64,000 nt of DNA from a bacterium (GTDB taxonomy: Bacteria > Electryoneota > Electryoneia > Electryoneales > Electryoneaceae), in the NCBI GenBank assembly GCA_963675295.2, contig CAXXKJ010000002.1:704001-768000 (forward strand), written 5' to 3'. A program made the translations under genes and the position numbers. The first letter of the stretch is position 1; every line of letters starts with the position of its first letter. Below the pieces are notes generated by a model. It saw only the letters and a list, made by a program, of their open reading frames with translations, searched no databases and was not told where the DNA came from. Below, piece after piece: positions 57,565 through 64,000 of the stretch.

Positions 57565-59853
57565 CTACCTCGGTTTCTGGATTGTCACCCGGAGGTGCCA
57601 GATCCGGCCCGGCATCGGCATGCGTTCGAGCAACTCGTATTCGGCGGCGGTGAGATTGTCGATTCCGGCGCGGAATAGCAGCAACAGGCCGGATTGCGGC
57701 AGGGGTTGACGCCAGCGGACGGCGAGGTCGAGGGTGGTGTACGGGTCGAGCCCGGTGTTGGCAGCGCTGTAGACGTCGAGGTTCGACTCGCTGCTGTAGC
57801 GGCGCGAGGTGAAGCGCAGATCGGCGAACAAATCGAGTTGCGCGGTGGGGGTGATCTGCAGGCCAACATTGCCGAACCAATCCGGTTGGAACGGGATGCG
57901 ATTGCCCTGGTACGGCGACTCGGGTGTATCGTTGAGCACGCGTTGCCAGGTGAACGCGCTGTGCAGTTCGTTGAGCAGCCCGGACCCGGAAAGGCTGGCG
58001 GCGGCTTCGATCCCGCGTGCGGTCGCCCGGTCCAGGTTGTCCGGGAAATACTGTCCCCGCCAGTTGCGGCGCCACACAATCAGGTTGTCGGTTTCACGCA
58101 GGTACCCGCGCAGCGAGCAGGACAGGGTCTGGCCGGCATGCAGTGGTTGCACCCAGTTGACGCCGGCGTGCAGGTCACGAATCCGTTCCGGTTCCAGCTC
58201 AGCGTTTCCGAGCGAAAAGACCGATTCGACGAGGAAGCGGTGCGTGAAAGACGGCGGCGCGAAGGCGGACCCGGTGCCGAGGTCGACACTCCAGCGTCCG
58301 ATTTCCGGCGCGAACCGCAGCAACGCACGCCCGGACAATTCGGTCGCTGCATCGCTCGAGAACGGGGTCGGGAGTTCGTCTACGGTGTCGCTGAACTGGT
58401 CGACGCGACCTTCCAGATGGGCACGGAGTACGTACTCGCCAATTTGCCACCGTGTTTGCAGCCGCGATTCCTGCGCGAGGGAGGTGCGATGCACCTCGCC
58501 GCCAGTTCGGGAAAACGCGGCGATACCGAGGTTGTCGACGCTCTCAAACCGTTCCAACGAGGCATCTCCGATCAGGTCGGCGGAGACCGCGATCCGGTCA
58601 CGATCCATCAGCGGCAGGTGCTTGCTCAGGCGCAACCCGCCGCGAAGGTCATGGTCTTCAACATCGGACGGAAACTGCAGCACCGTCTTCCCGGTCGCGG
58701 GATTGATCTGCTCACGTGGACTGACAAAGCTGCGGGTTCGTCCCGAAGCGTACAGCTGCAGCTGGGCCGGATTTGCGGAGCTGTGCGCGCGCTGCATCCG
58801 GAGTTGTGCGCGCCAAGCCTGTTCGGCCTGCCGGGCGTCCGGTGTCGGGGCCTGATACAATGGCGCTGGGCTGCCGGCTTCCTGGAGATCACCACCAGCG
58901 GACCCGTGAACGAGCAATCCGAACAGCCGTGTTTCGCCGGAAAGCGATAGCGTCACCCGTTCGCGATCGTTGTTGAGGCGGCTGCTGGTCGCACCGGACT
59001 CGTCCATGTAGTCAAAGTCGCCATTGGAATGAAGGTAGCGGGCAAACAGGTTGAGTTTCTGCCCGTTCGCACGGCGATGGGTGATTGCAGCCGTGCCCTG
59101 CATCGCGCCGGGTGACCGTCCCTCAATGGCCGCTGACCACGCGGGCGCGTCTTCGGGCATTCCTGCGAAGGTGCGTATGCGGATTTCGCCGCCGGGCGCA
59201 CCGGGATGGCTGGCCGGGTCGATGTCGATGGACTGGATGTTCGCCAGCGGGATGCTTGACAGGTCGACCGCCTCACCAGCGCCATTGTTGAGTGCGACTC
59301 CGTCCACTTCGACGCGCACGTGATCCGGCCGCGCACCACGGAGGGAGACCGTGGTGCGTGACCCATCCTCGCCGGCGCGATACACCTGCACACCGGGTAC
59401 CGCGCGGATGACGTCGGAAACGTCCGAACCGGCCTGACTGCGGATCTGAGCGGAAGAAATGCGGTAGCCGGAAGACGGTGTAGCTGACCCCGCTTCAACT
59501 CGCACGGTGTCCAGTTTCACAGCAACGGTCCGCAGCGAGAGCAAGAGCCGGAGCGCGTCGCCCTCGGCGAGCGACACCGAGCGAACTTCGGTGGCATAGC
59601 CCAGGTAGCGCACGGTCAGGATATACTCATCCGGGGGCAGGTCGTGAAATACAAACATCCCCTGCGCGTCCGAAACCGCTCGACGGAAGGCTTCATCCAG
59701 CTGCAGCGTTGCGCCGGACAACGGGCGTCCGGTGTCCTTGTCGATAACCTGCCCGGCGAGCGGGGCGGGGGATGGCGCGAAGGCGTGCACCGGCATTGCG
59801 ATCAAAACCGCCAGCAGCAACACGGCGAGTGGTATGTAGGTCAGCCGCCGCAT
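57565..59853 (-). CDS. TonB-dependent receptor, probable cobalamin importer (BtuB-like)
   Basis: Plug SLRGA..VDGV..DLS.IP; GNAELEPE; NLT..Y..PMPGR; within a cobalamin riboswitch operon; TGATG coupling. Confidence 0.82.
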   Translation of the reverse strand: MRRLTYIPLAVLLLAVLIAMPVHAFAPSPAPLAGQVIDKDTGRPLSGATLQLDEAFRRAVSDAQGMFVFHDLPPDEYILTVRYLGYATEVRSVSLAEGDALRLLLSLRTVAVKLDTVRVEAGSATPSSGYRISSAQIRSQAGSDVSDVIRAVPGVQVYRAGEDGSRTTVSLRGARPDHVRVEVDGVALNNGAGEAVDLSSIPLANIQSIDIDPASHPGAPGGEIRIRTFAGMPEDAPAWSAAIEGRSPGAMQGTAAITHRRANGQKLNLFARYLHSNGDFDYMDESGATSSRLNNDRERVTLSLSGETRLFGLLVHGSAGGDLQEAGSPAPLYQAPTPDARQAEQAWRAQLRMQRAHSSANPAQLQLYASGRTRSFVSPREQINPATGKTVLQFPSDVEDHDLRGGLRLSKHLPLMDRDRIAVSADLIGDASLERFESVDNLGIAAFSRTGGEVHRTSLAQESRLQTRWQIGEYVLRAHLEGRVDQFSDTVDELPTPFSSDAATELSGRALLRFAPEIGRWSVDLGTGSAFAPPSFTHRFLVESVFSLGNAELEPERIRDLHAGVNWVQPLHAGQTLSCSLRGYLRETDNLIVWRRNWRGQYFPDNLDRATARGIEAAASLSGSGLLNELHSAFTWQRVLNDTPESPYQGNRIPFQPDWFGNVGLQITPTAQLDLFADLRFTSRRYSSESNLDVYSAANTGLDPYTTLDLAVRWRQPLPQSGLLLLFRAGIDNLTAAEYELLERMPMPGRIWHLRVTIQKPR

Positions 59854-60797
59854 CAGCGCACCTTCACCACGCGCAGCGGCGTTGTTTCGTTGGGACCAAT
59901 CGGTTGCAGCAGGTACTGGCCGGACGGGAATCCGGCCGCGTCCCACACGGCCCGGCCCCGGTGTACGGTCAGCCGGTCAACGGTTCGGCCGAGCATGTCG
60001 ATCACCAGAAGTTCGGTGCTGCGTGACGGGACTCGCAACGAGACGCTGGCATTGAACGGATTCGGCCACGCCTGCAGTTCAACCTTCTTCGGCAGGGAAA
60101 CAAGCGGGGCCGGAGCGTGAGTTTCCAGTTCGCCATGGATGACCGCGACGGCGTCCAGGTCGAACGACGGGCCGTTGTCCGGTACGAGATCGTTGGTGTC
60201 GATTAGCCGGAGATAGATGGCGTGCTCAAGGCCAATGTCGGCGAGATCAAACGAGTCACCGCCGCTCTCGTCGGGGTCGGTTGGATCGGCGGAACCGTCG
60301 GTCGGGGACAATCCGGCGACGCCCGCGACCGGGTCGGAGGTCCACGGGAACTGGTGCCACGTAACCCCGTCCTCGCTGACCGCGACGAACGCGGTTTCAG
60401 TGAACACGGCGGGCCCGCCCGCGACGAGGAACGCATTTTCGAACACGGTGAAATCCGGGCCGGACCCGTTCACAATGCCTCCGTCCCGGAAAGCGAGTAT
60501 AATTTCGCCGCCACTACCGAGGGTCAGCAGTTCGTCTTCTGTGTTTGCCGGGGCGCTGGGGGACGCGTAGGGATCGGGCGGCCCGAGGATGTTGCCCGGG
60601 AAATCGTCCTGACCGAACCCGGCGCCGATGCCGTAGCTGACCGAGACGACTTCGTCCGGCCACGGATCTCCGGCGAAGGTGGATGTCACGATAAACAACG
60701 TCAGGACGAAGACCCGCGCGGCGTACCTGCCAGCAGTTGGTCCGCGTCTGCAAGTTTCTGACACGGGCACGTGTTGTATGGGCAGCATCGATCTCAT
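59853..60797 (-). CDS. Secreted cell-surface protein (BtuH/LIC13355-like domain) with T9SS CTD
   Basis: LTLGSGGEIILAF..GPDFTVFENAF..VAVSEDG..GGDSFDL..FDLDAV; WPNPFN..SGQY; TGATG coupling at both ends. Confidence 0.7.
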   Translation of the reverse strand: MRSMLPIQHVPVSETCRRGPTAGRYAARVFVLTLFIVTSTFAGDPWPDEVVSVSYGIGAGFGQDDFPGNILGPPDPYASPSAPANTEDELLTLGSGGEIILAFRDGGIVNGSGPDFTVFENAFLVAGGPAVFTETAFVAVSEDGVTWHQFPWTSDPVAGVAGLSPTDGSADPTDPDESGGDSFDLADIGLEHAIYLRLIDTNDLVPDNGPSFDLDAVAVIHGELETHAPAPLVSLPKKVELQAWPNPFNASVSLRVPSRSTELLVIDMLGRTVDRLTVHRGRAVWDAAGFPSGQYLLQPIGPNETTPLRVVKVR

Positions 60798-62122
60798 CAG
60801 CGCACCAGCGTGATCGGTTGGCTGACGGTATGATTGTTCGCGCTGGCGACGACGAGGTAGCGGCCGGACGCGAGGTTGTGTCCATCGATCTGCAGCCGGT
60901 GGGTTCCGGCGGTCAGCGGTTGGTTGAGGATGGTTGCGGCCTGGCGTCCGAGGATGTCGTACAAGGTGACGTTCGGGTGTTGCGGGCGGTCGAGCGTCAG
61001 CGTGATCGAGGTGGCCGCGTTGAATGGGTTCGGCCACGCGTGGCTCAAGGTGAATGTGGCCGGGGCTGGAGAGTGTGTTTCGGCGACACCGACCAGCTGC
61101 ATTTCGTAGTAGGCCAGGGAGGCGACCGGAGCATCAAATGAGTACAGCAGCTCGTACCCGCCCCAATCATACCCGAGGCAGTAAAGCGTGTTGGAAATCG
61201 CGGAACCGATGAACACACCGACTTCGCTCCCGGCCAACGACCAGCCTCCAGAACGGTAGGTCGGCGTCGATTCGTCCAGCGTCATCTCATCCGGATAATA
61301 GCCATAGAGGTACGGCGGGTTGGCGGCGTATTCATCTCCGACGACGACCTTTTCGTTGCCGTCTCCATCGTTCATGATGGTCAGCGTACTCGGCGTGCCG
61401 CCGAGCTCGAGCGACGTGGTGTGGGGTTCGTTCCAGGTCGGGTCGATTTTCCAGGCTGACCCGGTGATGTTGCTGTAGTTACCGGTGCAGATGACGTGGA
61501 AATTGCCGGACGCGTCCACGGTGATCGATTGCGGGTTGGTTCCGACCGGGATCGCGTACGGCGAGTTCAGGTCGAGGTCCATGAACCAGGCGTTCTGGCC
61601 GCTTCCGAGGTTGGATTCGGCGACACAGACGATGGTTCCGCTGACCGCGATGCCCTGCGGCGATGCGATGCCGTTGACGGAGGCGACCAGCTCGTAGTTA
61701 TTCGCACTATCGAGCTTGAGGACGCCGTTTCCCTGCTGCAGGCTGACGTAGATGTAGTCTTCATACCCGGCGAGGTCGTACGGGTTGGTGCCGTCCGGGA
61801 TGTCAACGACGGTCCAGTCGAATGGGGTATCGTAGTGAACGTTTGCGGTCAGGTCGAACAGGGATGCGACCCACAGGCCGCCTCCGGTTTGGGTTCCCCA
61901 GTCGTCGCCGTTGACGATATACAGGTTGTCTTGATGGATGCGAAGTGCGGATGCGGTCGGCGCGACCGGACCGAATTCATGGTACTCGCCGGTCAAGTCG
62001 AGATAGACGAGTTCCGGATTGGAGAATCCGATCAGGGCGAAGACGCCATGGGCGGTCTGCGCGGGGGAGATCCCCGGCAGGACAAGGAAGAACAGCAACA
62101 GCAGTATGGGCAGACGGCGCAT
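60797..62122 (-). CDS. Secreted YncE/BtuG-like beta-propeller with T9SS CTD
   Basis: SPI-type signal without lipobox; GTNPYD, SPQG, VGTNPQ blades; VICTGNY; WPNPFN..SGRY. Confidence 0.78.
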   Translation of the reverse strand: MRRLPILLLLFFLVLPGISPAQTAHGVFALIGFSNPELVYLDLTGEYHEFGPVAPTASALRIHQDNLYIVNGDDWGTQTGGGLWVASLFDLTANVHYDTPFDWTVVDIPDGTNPYDLAGYEDYIYVSLQQGNGVLKLDSANNYELVASVNGIASPQGIAVSGTIVCVAESNLGSGQNAWFMDLDLNSPYAIPVGTNPQSITVDASGNFHVICTGNYSNITGSAWKIDPTWNEPHTTSLELGGTPSTLTIMNDGDGNEKVVVGDEYAANPPYLYGYYPDEMTLDESTPTYRSGGWSLAGSEVGVFIGSAISNTLYCLGYDWGGYELLYSFDAPVASLAYYEMQLVGVAETHSPAPATFTLSHAWPNPFNAATSITLTLDRPQHPNVTLYDILGRQAATILNQPLTAGTHRLQIDGHNLASGRYLVVASANNHTVSQPITLVR

Positions 62123-62247
62123 GAAAAACCTCCCGTTTTCGTGGTGACATCCCCGAAAGCCGGGAGGAGAGAAGGAAGTGCGGGTTGCAGCGAAGGGTCC
62201 GCAGGTCCCACCTCCCGTTGCCCCGGGGAGGTCTGGGCCGTAACCGC

Positions 62248-62405
62248 GTGAGCCGGTCTCCGGACTTGCGCATCATCCTTCCACGACGCCTTCCCAGGTG
62301 GTTCACCCAGTGGCACAACTGCCGTGGTCGTCCGCGCTTACCGTGGCGGGGGCCGCTCCCGAATTACACGGGATTCCCGTTCACTCTTGCGGTAAGGTCT
62401 AGCGT
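62248..62405 (-). ncRNA. Cobalamin riboswitch
   Basis: Minus strand: GAACGGGAATCCCGTGTAATTCGGGAGCGGCCCCCGCCACGGTAA..GCCACTGGG..CTGGGAAGGC..AAGTCCGGAGACCGGC (B12 box). Confidence 0.93.
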
Positions 62406-62725
62406 TGTCGAGAACAGACTGCGTATCTGAGGGGAAGATAGGGTGGGCGTTACGGCGGAACAAGCGAAACCCGGATTCCTCTGTTGTGTGAGTCGGGTTA
62501 GCCTCCCCTCACTGCGAAGTTCGCTGATACTCCGTGAAAATTTTATAACTCAAGATAAACAAAGGAGTTTGACTCCCGTCAAAAACGATGTGCCTTTGCG
62601 GGGTTTTCTTATGCGGATCGGTGGGCTTAGCTTTTCGAATGGCTAAAAGTGCCGCCTTGACTGGGTCAATGGGGAGAAGGCGGCGTTGCTCATTTATACT
62701 CAGATGGAAAACGAGGAGGTTGTCC

Positions 62726-64000
62726 ATGAGATTTGCATTGGCGTTTGTAAGCATTTTGCTGCTCGCCAGCTTCGCATTGGCCGAATTGCCATTGCTCAGC
62801 GACGTGGTGACTTTGGACATGAACCTGCGTCCGCGGTACGAAGTTGACGGTCGCGACTTCAACAGCGACACCGGCATGTCGGACTACGGCACGATGCGGA
62901 CGATGGTCGGGATCAACGTGATGCCGAACGAAGACCTGTGGATCCGAGTCAAATTCAAGGAGTCGCGTTTGCTGGGTACGCAACGTTCGAACAACCTGCC
63001 GACGGCCAGTTTTCAGGCTCAGGAAGCGTACTTCAAGCTGAAGAACGTGTTTGACATGCCGATGATGGTGAAAGCGGGCCGGTTTGAATACAAACTCGGC
63101 CGTAATCGTATCTTCGGTCCAGGTGGGTGGAACATCTATGGACCGCGTACCTACGACGGCATGAAGCTACACTTCGACACCAACTACGGCGCGTGGTCAC
63201 TGTTGCTGGCGAAGGTCATGGACTATAACCCCAGCCATGTGGCGATCATCAATAGTGTGTACGATACAAATCCGCCTATCACGACGACGACGTCGGCAAA
63301 AACGGATCACAACCTGATCGTGCTCAGCGGTAAGCTGCTGGATGATCACTTCCAGCCGTTGTTCAGCGCGGACATGGAAAACAATGTGCCGGCGACGCAG
63401 GAAGACGCAGACATACTGTATACTGCCGGATTCTATTACAAGCGAATGCTGGGCGACAACTTCAAGTTCATGATGGACGGCGCGTACCAGTTCGGCACGA
63501 AGTCGGACCGTGACGTTGCGTCGTATCTCGTGGCGGCGGATGTGTATTACATGCTCGGCGGTGAAAAGAACTGGTATATCGGCGCGGGTGCGGACATGAC
63601 CTCGGGCAACAAATGGGATGAGGACGCTCCGGCAGATGACGACAACGTGTTCTATGCTCCGTTCATGTCGCGTCATGTCTACCGTGGCTACATGGACTAT
63701 TTCGGTGATGTGCGGCAGGGTTTGATTGACGCGATCTTCCACTTCGGTTTCAAGCCGGAAGATGGGATCGCGTTGATGCTTGACGTGCACAGCTTCATGT
63801 TCGCGAACGATGCGGCGTATGTGAACAACAACGGCCAGGTGGTGGAATACACGCAGCTCGGCCAGGAAATCGACCTGCGCTCGATCATTCCAGTGAACGA
63901 GAACGTGAACCTGGATTGTGGCGCGAGCGCGTTCATGCCGACGGATGACTGGAAGATGGACGGCGACATGGCGCTGTGGTTCTACCTCGCGGCGGTGGTC
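62726..64000 (+). CDS. Alginate-export-family outer-membrane beta-barrel/porin (3' truncated)
   Basis: GAGGAGG RBS; signal peptide; LRPRYE..QEAY..KAGR..RIFG..W..RTYDG; SG..YMDYF; LGQEIDL; open to window end. Confidence 0.8.
   Translation, partial: MRFALAFVSILLLASFALAELPLLSDVVTLDMNLRPRYEVDGRDFNSDTGMSDYGTMRTMVGINVMPNEDLWIRVKFKESRLLGTQRSNNLPTASFQAQEAYFKLKNVFDMPMMVKAGRFEYKLGRNRIFGPGGWNIYGPRTYDGMKLHFDTNYGAWSLLLAKVMDYNPSHVAIINSVYDTNPPITTTTSAKTDHNLIVLSGKLLDDHFQPLFSADMENNVPATQEDADILYTAGFYYKRMLGDNFKFMMDGAYQFGTKSDRDVASYLVAADVYYMLGGEKNWYIGAGADMTSGNKWDEDAPADDDNVFYAPFMSRHVYRGYMDYFGDVRQGLIDAIFHFGFKPEDGIALMLDVHSFMFANDAAYVNNNGQVVEYTQLGQEIDLRSIIPVNENVNLDCGASAFMPTDDWKMDGDMALWFYLAAVV

Noticed and set aside
62532-62549. 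Rex-like site upstream of the porin
   Set aside because: Only the left half-site matches

Overview
This is a GC-rich (about 60%) bacterial chromosomal window from a Gram-negative, probably FCB-superphylum organism. The Calditrichota/Electryoneota-like placement is an inference from the many PNPFN-type T9SS C-terminal sorting domains, a PorV-family gene and cheW. Housekeeping genes are cheW (partial), miaA, pfkA, copA/copZ, lepA-lepB, nnr, ruvC-ruvA, icd and aqpZ. These are interspersed with secreted FG-GAP, FN3 and beta-helix proteins carrying T9SS-like C-terminal domains (CTDs). The main accessory features are: (1) an 18-kb, seven-gene envelope operon made of a TonB-dependent receptor with a ~380-aa Ca-binding-repeat insertion, a beta-helix lipoprotein, a variant-CTD protein, a PorV paralog, a giant CTD protein and two lipoproteins; (2) a cobalamin-riboswitch operon whose putative B12-capture proteins carry T9SS CTDs instead of lipid anchors; (3) a PsrA/PhsA-like molybdoenzyme that appears to lack its Mo-ligand Cys, paired with an Fe-S subunit; (4) a P-loop NTPase-MscS pair facing aqpZ; (5) a homopolymer frameshift in a signal peptide; (6) secreted genes with mosaic GC content; (7) REP/BIME-like palindrome clusters bracketed by inverted 7-mer tandem arrays. 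I saw no tRNA, rRNA, CRISPR array, transposase or integrase. All family assignments come from motif recognition by eye, with no database search.
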